Below, piece after piece: positions 8,915-21,285 of a stretch of 29,830 bases of DNA. The position numbers were made by a program, and so were the translations under genes. Below the pieces are notes generated by a model. It did not search any database, was not told where the DNA came from, and worked only from the letters and a program-made list of their open reading frames with translations. How positions within the stretch are numbered: the first letter of the stretch is position 1; the number at the start of each line of letters is the position of its first letter. This stretch comes from an uncultured Pseudomonadota bacterium (GTDB taxonomy: Bacteria > Oederibacteriota > Muellerivitia > Muellerivitales > Muellerivitaceae), in assembly GCA_963770835.1 (NCBI GenBank), contig CAVYRH010000025.1:1-29830 (forward strand), read 5' to 3'.

Positions 8915-11124
8915 AGCATGCTCTGAGGATCGAGGTCCACAACCCGGAAAACACCCTTGGGCGGCTCCATCCGGGTGTCGAGCTCCCCCAGTATCCGTCT
9001 TAAAGCCTGCGGATTGGCCGCCGATAGCAGGACCTGGAAGCGGTAATGGCCCCGGATGCGCGCGAAAACCGAGGGGGCCGGTCCCCGCACCTCCACGCCT
9101 TTTCCCTTGGCTTGTTGTTTCAAGACTTCCGCCGCCCGGGCCGCCGCCGCCTGGGCCTTTTTCTCGTCTTCGGACCGGTACACCAAAAGGCCCAACCGGG
9201 AATAGGGCGGATAGCCGAGGTCTTCCCGTAAGGCCAGTTCCCCGCTCCAAAAACCTTCAGTATCGTGCCGGGACGCGGCCTGGACGCTGGGATGGTCCGG
9301 ATTGAAGGTCTGGAGATAGATGATGCCTTCCTTGTCGGCCCTTCCGGCCCGACCCGCTACTTGCACCAAAAGCTGGAAAACCCGTTCCGAGGCCCGAAAG
9401 TCCGGCAAGGCTAAGCCCGTGTCCGCCCCCACGATGCCCACCAAAGTAACGCCGGGAAAGTCGTGGCCTTTGGCGATCATTTGGGTGCCCAAAAGGATAT
9501 CCACTTCCCGGTTGCGGAAACGGTCCAGGATCTTCTGGTGGCTTCCCCGCTCCGCCGTCGTGTCCAAATCCATCCGGGCCAGGCGGGCCTTCGGGAACAG
9601 TAACTGGAGTTCCTCCTCCAACCGCTCGGTGCCCAGGCCCACCTGTTCAATGGTCCCGTCCTTGCAAAAGGCGCAATGGACCGGTACCGGCCCCCGCCAG
9701 TCGCAGTAATGGCACAAGAGTTGGATCTGCCCCTTTAAGCGGTGGCCGGTCACGGGAACCGAGCAATTCGGGCACTGCACCATCTCCCCGCATTTCAGGC
9801 AGAGGGTTACCGTGTTGAAACCCCGGCGGTTCAGGAACAGGATGGTCTGCTCGCCCCGCTTGAGGTTTTCCCGGATCGCCTCCTCTAAAGCCAGGGACAA
9901 GACCGGCCGTCCACCGCCCCGAACCCGGGTTTCCGCCTTCAGGTCCACGACCTTGACCTTCGGCAGGGGTTTGCGGTTGACCCGCCCGGGCATCGAAAGA
10001 AAGTGGTACTTGCCGGAGCGGGCGTTATGGATGGATTCCAGCGAAGGCGTGGCGCTGCCCAAAAGGGCCACGGCCCCGCAAAGCTGGGCCCTTTTGACGG
10101 CCGAATCCCGGGCGTGGTAGCGGGGCGTTTCCTCCTGTTTGTAGGACCCCTCATGTTCCTCGTCCACGATGAGGAGCCCCAAGCGTCGCACGGGGGCGAA
10201 AAGCGCCGACCGGGCGCCCACGGCGATGACGGCGTCGCCCTCGGCCAGGCGCTTCCACTGGCGGGCCCGGTCCTCGGGCGCCAGGGCGCTGTGAAGCACC
10301 GCCACCCGGTCGCCGAAGCGGCCTGTGAAGCGTTCCATGGTCTGGGGCGTCAGGGCGATTTCGGGGATCAACACGATGGCCTGCTGGCCCCTTTCCAGAA
10401 CCTTCGCGATGGCGCGCAGGTACACCTCGGTCTTGCCCGAGCCCGTCACCCCCTGGAGCAGGAAGGCCTGGAAGGTTTTGGAGTCCAGGGCCGCCTCAAT
10501 GGCCGAAAGGGCCGTTTGTTGCTGGGCATGCAGTTCGGGCGGGGCGGTCCGCGCCCCCAGGGGGACCTTGGCCGAAGGCTCCGCTCCGCTTTTCTCTCCG
10601 GCCACCTGTATGCGGCCCAGGCCCGCCGCCTTCAAGGCCTCGGCCAGCGCCTGGGTACGGGGGGTCAGGGCGATGCCGCCCTTTTTAAGGCTTTTCCAGT
10701 TCACGCCCCGCAAGGATCCCATTTCACCCAGGAGGGTTTCCACTTTCTCCACGTGGCCCAGGCCTTCTTCCGTGAGTTCCAAGACCGACGTTGGATTCTT
10801 GCGGGTCAAGGCGGGCACCATCACGAAAAGCGCCTCCCCCAGGGAGCAGTAGTAATAGTTGGCCATCCATTCCCCCAACTTCAAGAGGTCCGGGGTGAGG
10901 AACGGCTGGGGATCGAGCATCGAGTCGATGCCCTTCATTTTTTTGAGGTTCTCGGGCGTTTTGTGGGTGAGGCCGGTGACGATACCCACGGTTTGGCGGA
11001 AGCCGAAAGAGACAAAGCAACGCATGCCGGGGGCGACCAGGCCGTCCAAGGATTCAGGAATCCGGTAGGTGAAGGCCTGTTTCAGGGGGATAGGAAACAC
11101 TACCTCGGCGAACTGCTCAGGCAC
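8911..11124 (-). CDS. priA: Primosomal protein N' helicase
   Basis: GVTGSGKT Walker A, DEEH, four CxxC zinc pairs, GTQMIAKGHDFP, QVAGRAGR. Confidence 0.96.
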   Translation of the reverse strand: MPEQFAEVVFPIPLKQAFTYRIPESLDGLVAPGMRCFVSFGFRQTVGIVTGLTHKTPENLKKMKGIDSMLDPQPFLTPDLLKLGEWMANYYYCSLGEALFVMVPALTRKNPTSVLELTEEGLGHVEKVETLLGEMGSLRGVNWKSLKKGGIALTPRTQALAEALKAAGLGRIQVAGEKSGAEPSAKVPLGARTAPPELHAQQQTALSAIEAALDSKTFQAFLLQGVTGSGKTEVYLRAIAKVLERGQQAIVLIPEIALTPQTMERFTGRFGDRVAVLHSALAPEDRARQWKRLAEGDAVIAVGARSALFAPVRRLGLLIVDEEHEGSYKQEETPRYHARDSAVKRAQLCGAVALLGSATPSLESIHNARSGKYHFLSMPGRVNRKPLPKVKVVDLKAETRVRGGGRPVLSLALEEAIRENLKRGEQTILFLNRRGFNTVTLCLKCGEMVQCPNCSVPVTGHRLKGQIQLLCHYCDWRGPVPVHCAFCKDGTIEQVGLGTERLEEELQLLFPKARLARMDLDTTAERGSHQKILDRFRNREVDILLGTQMIAKGHDFPGVTLVGIVGADTGLALPDFRASERVFQLLVQVAGRAGRADKEGIIYLQTFNPDHPSVQAASRHDTEGFWSGELALREDLGYPPYSRLGLLVYRSEDEKKAQAAAARAAEVLKQQAKGKGVEVRGPAPSVFARIRGHYRFQVLLSAANPQALRRILGELDTRMEPPKGVFRVVDLDPQSML

Positions 11125-11138
11125 GACAGACCTCTTTC

Positions 11139-11265
11139 ACCACAGAGTACACGGAGGGCACAGAGTAAGGCTTCAAGTATGGTCAGGAAATAATTTTTTA
11201 GGAAGAATTATGAATCCAAAATCATTTTATTTGGATTTACTCTTTGGCTCTGTGCCCTCTGTGGT
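11139..11265. repeat. Inverted-repeat element with 9-nt periodic arms and AT-rich core
   Basis: accacagagtacacggagggcacagag (11139-11165) versus ctctgtgccctctgtggt (11248-11265). Confidence 0.8.
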
Positions 11266-12104
11266 TAATTGTTTCTTCCGCTTCCCCTCAAGCGGGGGTC
11301 CAGTAAATCGCGTAGCCCCTCGCCCAACAGGTTATAACCCAGGACGGTCAGGAAGATGGCCAGGCCGGGGAAGGTGATGAGCCACCATGCGTCGGTCAAA
11401 TGGTCCTTACCCTCCTCCAACATATTGCCCCAACTGGGAGTGGGCGGCTGGACTCCAAGCCCAAGGAAGCTAAGTGATGATTCCACTAATATGGCACCCC
11501 CGATTCCCAGGGTCGCCACCACTAAAACCGGCCCCATGGCGTTGGGCAGAAGGTGTTTGAGGATGATCCGGGAATCTTTCATGCCGATCACGTGGGCGGC
11601 TTGGATGAATTCCCTTTCTTTAAGGGCCAGGATCTCACCCCGCACCAGCCGGGCCACATCCGTCCAGGAGGTAACGCCAATGATCACCATGATATTGATG
11701 ATGTTGGGCCCCACGAAGGCGATCACCATCAGGATCAGGAAGAACGTCGGGATGCAAAGCAGGATGTCGACTAATCGCATGAGAACCCCATCCACCCAAC
11801 CTCCATAGTAACCCGCTATGGAGCCGACGGTCGTGCCTATGAAAACGTAAATTGAAACCGCCACTAATCCGACCGACAGGGAAACACGGGATCCGTAAAG
11901 AAGGCGGGAAAAAACATCCCGTCCATATTGGTCCGTGCCCATCCAATGGTGAAAGGATGGCGGCAGAAGGCTGTCCGTCAGGGATTGTTGAATGGGGTCA
12001 TAAGGGGCTATCCATTGGGCTGTAAAAGCGGATAGCACCAATAAAGAGATGAGGACGCCGCCCCAGAACATCAATGGATGGCGCAAGAAAAGGCGTTTAA
12101 TCAT
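11265..12104 (-). CDS. Peptide/nickel ABC transporter permease (OppC/DppC-like)
   Basis: HWMGTDQYGRDVFSRLLYGSRVSL, ARLVRG, EAA-type loop, LSFLGLG, PSWG. Confidence 0.93.
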   Translation of the reverse strand: MIKRLFLRHPLMFWGGVLISLLVLSAFTAQWIAPYDPIQQSLTDSLLPPSFHHWMGTDQYGRDVFSRLLYGSRVSLSVGLVAVSIYVFIGTTVGSIAGYYGGWVDGVLMRLVDILLCIPTFFLILMVIAFVGPNIINIMVIIGVTSWTDVARLVRGEILALKEREFIQAAHVIGMKDSRIILKHLLPNAMGPVLVVATLGIGGAILVESSLSFLGLGVQPPTPSWGNMLEEGKDHLTDAWWLITFPGLAIFLTVLGYNLLGEGLRDLLDPRLRGSGRNN

Positions 12105-13068
12105 ATCGAATCCTCGGATCCAACACAGCGTAGGAGACGTCCGCCAATAGGTTTCCCAAGAGGGTCAAGAAACCCGTAATGATCCCTATTCCCATGAGCA
12201 AGGGATAGTCATGGGAAAGGACCGATTCAAACCCAAGCCGCCCCATCCCCGGCCATGAAAAGATCGTCTCAATGATAAAGCTGCCGCCGATGAGGTTCGG
12301 CAAGGACAAACCCAACAGGGTCACAATAGGAATAAGGGCATTCGGCAGGGCGTGCCGGAAAATCACCTGGAACTCGGAGAGGCCCTTGGCCCGGGCCGTG
12401 CGGATGTAGTTCTGACGGATGACCTCCAGCATGCTGGTTCGGGCATATCGGGAAACGGAGGCCAGGCCCCCGAAGGTGGTCACGGCGAGGGGAAGAATGA
12501 GGTGGGCGATCAAATCCCAGAACCGGTCGGTCCAAGGGAGGTATTCGGCCTCCGTGCTGGTCATCCCCGAAACGGGAAGCAGGTTCATTTTCACCCCGAA
12601 TAGCAGCATCAGGAGCAGGGCCAGCCAAAAACTCGGCATGGAAAAACCCACGAAAGAAAATACGGAAATGAACCGGTCGTACCATCGGTTCTGGTAATAA
12701 GCCGCGAGGATCCCCAGGGGAACCGCCACCAGGAATAAAAGGACCTCGGACAAACCCGAAAGGAGGAGCGTCGCCGGAAGCCTTTCGCCGATGACGGCAA
12801 TGACCGGCCGATTGTCCTGAAAGGTGGTCCCGAAATCCAGCAGGCAGATGCGCTTGAGCCAATGCCAGTATTGCACCATCAAGGGATCGTCCAGGCCGTA
12901 GGATTGGCGGAGTTTCAACAGATAACTAGGGTCAACCTTGGAATTCATCCCGATATTCAGGGAGGCTGGGTCCCCCGGGGCCAGTTGCAAGATCACGAAG
13001 CTGATAAAAGAGATCCCCAGGAGAAGAGGGATCATCATCAAGAGCCGCCGGAGGAGGAACTTCCTCAT
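12097..13068 (-). CDS. Peptide/nickel ABC transporter permease (OppB/DppB-like)
   Basis: LAPGDP, YGLDDPL, ERLPATL, YIRTARAKGL, HALPNAL, IETIFSWPGMG, LDPRI. Confidence 0.93.
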   Translation of the reverse strand: MRKFLLRRLLMMIPLLLGISFISFVILQLAPGDPASLNIGMNSKVDPSYLLKLRQSYGLDDPLMVQYWHWLKRICLLDFGTTFQDNRPVIAVIGERLPATLLLSGLSEVLLFLVAVPLGILAAYYQNRWYDRFISVFSFVGFSMPSFWLALLLMLLFGVKMNLLPVSGMTSTEAEYLPWTDRFWDLIAHLILPLAVTTFGGLASVSRYARTSMLEVIRQNYIRTARAKGLSEFQVIFRHALPNALIPIVTLLGLSLPNLIGGSFIIETIFSWPGMGRLGFESVLSHDYPLLMGIGIITGFLTLLGNLLADVSYAVLDPRIRYD

Positions 13069-14723
13069 GGTTGGGCAGAGTATTTCTGCTGCGCGGCGGG
13101 CACGTACCAGTTCTGCGGATAATTAAGGGATGGGTCCACCAGTTGGGGAACTTTGTAGCCTTTGAAACGCTTGTGGACGGCAACCAAATGGTTTGGGACG
13201 ACCATGAAGGTATAAGGTTGGTCTTCATGGAGGATAGCCTGGATCTTCCAGTAAATCTTCTTTCGCTTCTCCACATCCATGGTCTGTTGTCCCTCGATCA
13301 AGAGGCGGTCCATCTGCGGGTTCTTGTAGCTGACGAAATTGAATTGGTGCTCGGCGGTCTGGCTGGAATGGAACAGTTGGTAGCAGTCAGGGTCCGGGGT
13401 GATGGACCAAGAGCCGAGAAAAGCGTCAAATTTCCGTGGATTCACGTATTGGGAAAGGAGGGTGGTCCATTCATATAGTTGGATTTCCATTTGAATTCCC
13501 AACTGCTTCAACTGTTGCTGGACGATGGTAGCCACTCTTTCGCCGCTGACGGAGCCTTCGGGCAAGATCATCGTAAATTTGAAGGGAGTATCCTTGCCGG
13601 CCAGGGTCTTGTGCAACAGCCCGTCCTGTCCGGGCTTCCAACCCTCTTGCTTGAGGTATTGCTTGGCCTTATCCAGGTCGTAGGGCCAGGGCTTGTCCTT
13701 GGGGTCGTTGGCCCAGGAGTGGATGGGATAGGGGCTGTCGCAGACCGTACCCAGGCCGTAGCTGACGTTGTTGATAATGGTCTGGCGGTCGATGGCCATG
13801 GTCAGGGCCTGGCGCACCTTCTTGTCGTTGAAGATCGGGTTTTTCTCGTTCCAGCCGATGTAGCTGAAAGCCAATTCGTCGGTCTTATAGGCGTTGTAAT
13901 AGTCCTTGAACTTGGGCTTGTCCGTTTCTTTCACGTATTGTTCCGCCCGCATCCCCCCGTGGAGCCAGGCCCCCATGGCGTCGATGCCGCCGTTCATGAG
14001 CTCCAGGAATTCGGTGGTCTGGTCGGGGATGATCCGCATGACGAACCTTTGGACATGGGGTTTTCCTCCCCAATAATTGGGATTGGCCTTCAAGACGATC
14101 TGTTGGGCCGTCTTCCACTCCACGAATTCATAGGGCCCTACGCCGATCGGGTGCCGGTCAAAATCAGACTTGTTGATGTCCTGGCCCTTGAGCAAATGTT
14201 CGGGAAGGATGCTGCTGAACGTCAGGGACAAGGCCGGCGCAAAGGGCTTTTTGTAGGTGACCTTCACGATATATGGATCCATGATCTCAACGTTTTTAAT
14301 CTGTTGGTAAAATTCCCCTTCCGGACATTTAACCGTCGGATCGGCATAAACCTTATAGGTAAAAAGCACGTCATTGGCTGTGAGTTCCACTCCGTCGTGG
14401 AACTTGACGCCTTTGCGCAAGTAATAGGTGATGACCCGGCCGTCCTTGGAAACGGTCCATTTTTCGGCCAGGCAGGGTTGCAGATTGAAATTCTCGTCAA
14501 AGCGGGTCAAACCCTGGTCGAAAACCAGGTAGTCGATGTCTTCACCACCCGTCTCGTCCACAAGGGGGGGCATCAGGTGACGGGCATCACCACTTGCGGA
14601 CTCCACCAGCATGTCTCCGTCCGCCACCGGCCCGTCTTGGTCATAAATTTTAGGATCCTTGTGCCCACAGCCGGAAAAGCAGAGCGAAGCAAGCGTCAAC
14701 AGCAATATGGGTTTGCGGATCAT
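13065..14723 (-). CDS. Peptide ABC substrate-binding lipoprotein (family 5)
   Basis: ATG 14723 after GGAG; lipobox FSGC; LRKGVKFHDG, PIGVGPY, KVRQALTMAIDR. Confidence 0.92.
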   Translation of the reverse strand: MIRKPILLLTLASLCFSGCGHKDPKIYDQDGPVADGDMLVESASGDARHLMPPLVDETGGEDIDYLVFDQGLTRFDENFNLQPCLAEKWTVSKDGRVITYYLRKGVKFHDGVELTANDVLFTYKVYADPTVKCPEGEFYQQIKNVEIMDPYIVKVTYKKPFAPALSLTFSSILPEHLLKGQDINKSDFDRHPIGVGPYEFVEWKTAQQIVLKANPNYWGGKPHVQRFVMRIIPDQTTEFLELMNGGIDAMGAWLHGGMRAEQYVKETDKPKFKDYYNAYKTDELAFSYIGWNEKNPIFNDKKVRQALTMAIDRQTIINNVSYGLGTVCDSPYPIHSWANDPKDKPWPYDLDKAKQYLKQEGWKPGQDGLLHKTLAGKDTPFKFTMILPEGSVSGERVATIVQQQLKQLGIQMEIQLYEWTTLLSQYVNPRKFDAFLGSWSITPDPDCYQLFHSSQTAEHQFNFVSYKNPQMDRLLIEGQQTMDVEKRKKIYWKIQAILHEDQPYTFMVVPNHLVAVHKRFKGYKVPQLVDPSLNYPQNWYVPAAQQKYSAQP

Positions 14724-14792
14724 GAAAGACTCCAAAAAGAAAATAAAAGGATGTTCAGCCGTTAGCCACAGTTAAGCACCGTGACACTTCTC

Positions 14793-14817
14793 GTGCCGTT
14801 CCTTTCAGGAACGGCAC
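14793..14817. other. Perfect GC-rich hairpin in the secA / SBP intergenic region
   Basis: gtgccgttcc-tttca-ggaacggcac; no adjacent U-tract. Confidence 0.6.
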
Positions 14818-14874
14818 CCCCTCATCTCACGCTTCGCCTGGTGGGCTCAGCGCAGGGCCGAAACGCCATTCCGC

Positions 14875-17562
14875 TTATGCTCCATGGCATTTCTTGTACT
14901 TTTTCCCGCTACCGCACCAACAAGGATCGTTTCTTCCGAGTTTGGGCTGGTCCCTCTTGATCGTGGCCACCTTTGCCGCTTGTTGGGGTTGGCCTCCATG
15001 GGCCTGCTCCCATTGGTCCATTGGCGGAGGACCACCAAAGCCAGGGGCCGTGTTGCCCCCCAGCATTCCCATGGGCTGGGGAGCAGCCGCAACAGATTGG
15101 GGAGCGGCTGCGGCGCGGGGGTCGAAATCGGGATGTTCTTCCTTGATGTTTCGCAGCTCTCCCGTGGGGAAAAGCTGGTCCGTGGCCGCCACGGTCTTGA
15201 CCAGGAACAGGAGCTTGAGGGATTCCACTTTAACGCTGGCCACCATGTCCTGAAACATGTTGAACCCTTCTCTTTTGTACTCAATCAGGGGGTCTTTTTG
15301 GCCATAGGCCTGCAGGCCGATACCTTCTTTCAAGTGGTCCATCGAAAGCAGGTGGTCTTTCCATTGGTTGTCCACGACCTGGAGGATGATGGCCCGTTCC
15401 AAAGCACGCATCACGTTGGGAGTAAGGTCTTTTTCCTTAGCCTCGTAGGCCTTGACCGCCTCGTCCTTGAGGGCGGCGTAGAGGGCTTCCCGGTCCATGC
15501 GGCGGGCGTTTTCCGTGTTCCAGTCCAGCTCCCGCTGGAAGATGCCTTGGAACCATTTCTTGAGGCCTTCCCAATCCCAGTCCTCTTCCTTGGACTTTTC
15601 CGGCATATGGGTGTCCACGCCCAAGACCGCCACGTCCTCCAGGATTTCAAGGAGGTGAGGGCGGATGTCCTTCTCGCGCAAGACCCGGTTGCGCTCGCGG
15701 TAGATGACCTCGCGCTGTTTGTTCATCACGTCGTCATATTCCAAGAGGTGCTTGCGGATGTCGAAATTGTGCGATTCCACCGCCTTTTGAGCCCGTTCGA
15801 TGGACTTGGAAACCCAGGGGTGGGAGATCACCTCCCCTTCCTCCATGCCCAGCTTGGTCATCCAGTCCTTGAGTTTGTCGGAACCGAAGATGCGCATCAG
15901 GTCGTCCTCGAGGGACACGTAAAAGCGGGATAGTCCGGGGTCGCCCTGGCGCCCCGACCGGCCGCGAAGCTGGTTGTCGATGCGGCGGCTTTCGTGCCGT
16001 TCCGTACCCATGACCGCCAGCCCTCCATTTTCCTTCATGCCCGGTCCCAGCACGATGTCGGTTCCGCGGCCCGCCATGTTAGTGGCAATGGTCACGCCGC
16101 CCGGCTGGCCGGCCAGGGAAATGATGTCCGCTTCCCTCTCGTGGAACTTGGCGTTCAAGACTTCGTGCTTTACCCCGCGCTTCTTTAGAAGCCCGGAAAG
16201 CATCTCGTTTTTTTCGATGGAGACCGTGCCCACCAAAACCGGCTGGCCCTTCTTATTAAGCTCCACAATGTCTTCCACGATGGCGTTGAATTTTTCTTTG
16301 ACGCTGCGATAAACGGCATCCGCCTCGTCCAAGCGGACCATGGGCCGGTGCGTGGGTATGCCCAAGACATCCAACTTATAGATATCGGAAAATTCCGCGG
16401 CTTCGGTTTCGGCGGTCCCCGTCATTCCGGCCAACTTCTTGTACATGCGGAAAAAGTTCTGGAAGGTGATGGTAGCCAGGGTCTGGTTTTCCGCCTCGAT
16501 CTTCACCCTCTCCTTGGCCTCCAAGGCCTGGTGAAGGCCGTCCGAGTAACGGCGGCCCGGCATGAGGCGGCCCGTGAACTCGTCCACGATGATGACCTCG
16601 CCGTCCTTGACGATATAATCCACATCCTTCTTGAAGATCACGTGGGCCTTCAGTGCCTGGTTGACATGGTGCACCAGCTGGACATTCTTATGGTCGTAGA
16701 GGTTGTCGATCTTGAGGAGCTTCTCCACGTGGCGCACGCCGGGTTCGGTGAGGAAGGCTGAACGGGTTTTTTCTTCGATGTCGTAATCCTTGTCCTTGCC
16801 CTGGGTAAGGGACGGAATGATGCGGTCGATCTTGTAATAAAGCTCGGTAGATTCCTCACTGGGCCCTGAAATGATGAGGGGGGTGCGGGCCTCGTCAATG
16901 AGGATGCTGTCCACCTCGTCCACAATGGCGTAATTGAGGGTCCTTTGGACCGTGTATTCCAGGCTCGTGGCCATGTTGTCCCGAAGGTAATCAAAGCCCA
17001 GTTCGTTATTGGTGCAGTAGGTGATGTCGCAGGCATAGGCGGCTTGCCGCTCCTGGTGTTCCAGCCCGTGCTTGATGACCCCGGTGGTCATCCCCAGGAA
17101 GCCGTAGATGTTGCCCATGCCCTTGAAATTGCCCCGGCCCAGGCTGTCGCGTTCAGCCAGGAAGTCGTTCACGGTCACCACGTGCACGCCCTTGCCCTCC
17201 AGGGCGTTCAAGTAAACGGGAAGGGTGGCCACCAGGGTTTTGCCTTCCCCGGTCTTCATTTCCGAGATGCGGCCCGAGTGCAGCACCATTCCGCCGATCA
17301 ATTGAACGTCGAAAGGGCGCATGCCTAAGGTGCGTTTGGAGGCTTCCCGCACCACCGCGAAGGCCTCGACCAAAAGGTCATCCAGGGTCTCCCCATGGGT
17401 CAGGCGGTCCTTAAATTCGTCGGTTTTCTTGCGGAGAGCGTCGTCGGAAAGGGCCTGGATTTGGGGTTCCAGGGCGTTGATTTCCTGGACCTTGGGCCAA
17501 AGCTTCTTGAGTTCTCGGTCGGCCTTGCTGCCGAAGATCTTGGTTAAGACGTTGCCTATCAT
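14875..17562 (-). CDS. secA: Preprotein translocase ATPase SecA
   Basis: [58 protein letters not shown]-terminal [18 protein letters not shown]. Confidence 0.98.
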   Translation of the reverse strand: MIGNVLTKIFGSKADRELKKLWPKVQEINALEPQIQALSDDALRKKTDEFKDRLTHGETLDDLLVEAFAVVREASKRTLGMRPFDVQLIGGMVLHSGRISEMKTGEGKTLVATLPVYLNALEGKGVHVVTVNDFLAERDSLGRGNFKGMGNIYGFLGMTTGVIKHGLEHQERQAAYACDITYCTNNELGFDYLRDNMATSLEYTVQRTLNYAIVDEVDSILIDEARTPLIISGPSEESTELYYKIDRIIPSLTQGKDKDYDIEEKTRSAFLTEPGVRHVEKLLKIDNLYDHKNVQLVHHVNQALKAHVIFKKDVDYIVKDGEVIIVDEFTGRLMPGRRYSDGLHQALEAKERVKIEAENQTLATITFQNFFRMYKKLAGMTGTAETEAAEFSDIYKLDVLGIPTHRPMVRLDEADAVYRSVKEKFNAIVEDIVELNKKGQPVLVGTVSIEKNEMLSGLLKKRGVKHEVLNAKFHEREADIISLAGQPGGVTIATNMAGRGTDIVLGPGMKENGGLAVMGTERHESRRIDNQLRGRSGRQGDPGLSRFYVSLEDDLMRIFGSDKLKDWMTKLGMEEGEVISHPWVSKSIERAQKAVESHNFDIRKHLLEYDDVMNKQREVIYRERNRVLREKDIRPHLLEILEDVAVLGVDTHMPEKSKEEDWDWEGLKKWFQGIFQRELDWNTENARRMDREALYAALKDEAVKAYEAKEKDLTPNVMRALERAIILQVVDNQWKDHLLSMDHLKEGIGLQAYGQKDPLIEYKREGFNMFQDMVASVKVESLKLLFLVKTVAATDQLFPTGELRNIKEEHPDFDPRAAAAPQSVAAAPQPMGMLGGNTAPGFGGPPPMDQWEQAHGGQPQQAAKVATIKRDQPKLGRNDPCWCGSGKKYKKCHGA

Positions 17563-17603
17563 GTTTCCTCGATTTGAAGTTTTAGGGGATCAAAAGAGGG
17601 TTA

Positions 17604-17632
17604 AGTATATGTAGTTTAGCGGGGGGGTTCAA
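17604..17632 (-). promoter_or_regulatory. Putative sigma70 promoter of secA
   Basis: TTGAAC (17632-17627), 17 bp, TATACT (17609-17604). Confidence 0.7.
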
Positions 17633-17640
17633 GGCGTTAA

Positions 17641-17704
17641 CGGCGGCTCACCGTTGACAGTTCACAGTCGGCAGGAACAGCAAAACTGCGTATTGATGTT
17701 GGTT

Positions 17705-17727
<23 letters not shown>
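17641..17727. repeat. Heptamer-periodic inverted-repeat element
   Basis: ggctcac-cgttgac-agttcac-agtcggc-ag ... actgtgagctttcagccgccg; ends cggcggct/agccgccg are complementary. Confidence 0.6.
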
Positions 17728-20602
<2,875 letters not shown>

Positions 20603-20603
<1 letters not shown>

Positions 20604-20640
20604 CACCCTCACCCTGGCCCTCTCCCCTCAAGGGAGAGGG
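20603..20640. repeat. REP-like palindrome copy 2 (5' of the DUF559 gene, inverted relative to copy 1)
   Basis: tcaccctcaccctgg-ccctctccc-ctcaa-gggagaggg. Confidence 0.9.
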
Positions 20641-20661
20641 GAAAACATTAACTTCTCGACT

Positions 20662-21276
20662 TTAACTTTGCTGGGATTTCACAACACAAGTACCCGCAAC
20701 GTAATCATGAATGCAACGATTATCATCTTGAAAGATAAATAAAATATCAGCTAATCCAACTAAAGTAATGTAACTAAACGCCAGAGTTGAAAACGAGCGC
20801 AAGAGGACATTTGTTACGAACCCGCCATTTTCTCCGTCTTTCATACGAACTATTTTAATTTTGAGATAGCGCTTGCCAAAAGTTTGACCATACCGAGTCA
20901 ACATGAACCATTGAAGAGGAACAACAACAATAATATTCGCAATAACAACCAAGGTTACCCAAGGACGTAAGTTTCCATAGTGGAGAAGACCTGTTTGAAT
21001 AGCTGCTTGGAAAGCCAACGCAGGAAGTAAAAGCCCCGAATCAATAATAGCTGCCCTCAACCGCTCCATTGGGGTGGCTATAGGTAATGTTTGAGTTCCC
21101 CTAGGAACACCAACTCGTATCATTTTTGAAGATCTGGGTTGGACGGTTTCTTCAGGCGATAAAGGAGCTAATTTGTTTTTTAATTCGTGCGTATCACGTT
21201 CGATTTTAAAACCACATTTGCCACAATATGTGCTCGAAACTTCGTTTTCAAAATTGCACTTCGGACAATTCCGCAT
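20662..21276 (-). CDS. RDD-family membrane protein with N-terminal zinc ribbon
   Basis: CPKC...CGKC; RLRAAIID, GQTFGKRYLKIKIV, RCIHDYVAGTCVV; visibly AT-rich. Confidence 0.88.
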   Translation of the reverse strand: MRNCPKCNFENEVSSTYCGKCGFKIERDTHELKNKLAPLSPEETVQPRSSKMIRVGVPRGTQTLPIATPMERLRAAIIDSGLLLPALAFQAAIQTGLLHYGNLRPWVTLVVIANIIVVVPLQWFMLTRYGQTFGKRYLKIKIVRMKDGENGGFVTNVLLRSFSTLAFSYITLVGLADILFIFQDDNRCIHDYVAGTCVVKSQQS

Positions 21277-21285
21277 CGTAATGAG

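Noticed and set aside
8915..9250. N-terminal extensions in the ORF track (RluA to 9250; also manD to 6076, eda from 7070, ribE to 25967, ribH to 23572, unknown gene to 2954)
   Set aside because: They overlap neighbouring genes or promoters; downstream starts have an SD or stop-start overlap and fit the family N-termini.
13479..14765. Long plus-strand ORFs (428 aa here; also 10003-11193, 14884-15933, 3656-4642, 21307-22053)
   Set aside because: Antisense shadows of well-supported minus-strand genes in GC-rich DNA, with no recognisable motifs.
14793..14817. Intrinsic terminator for secA
   Set aside because: Strong stem but no U-tract directly after it on either strand.
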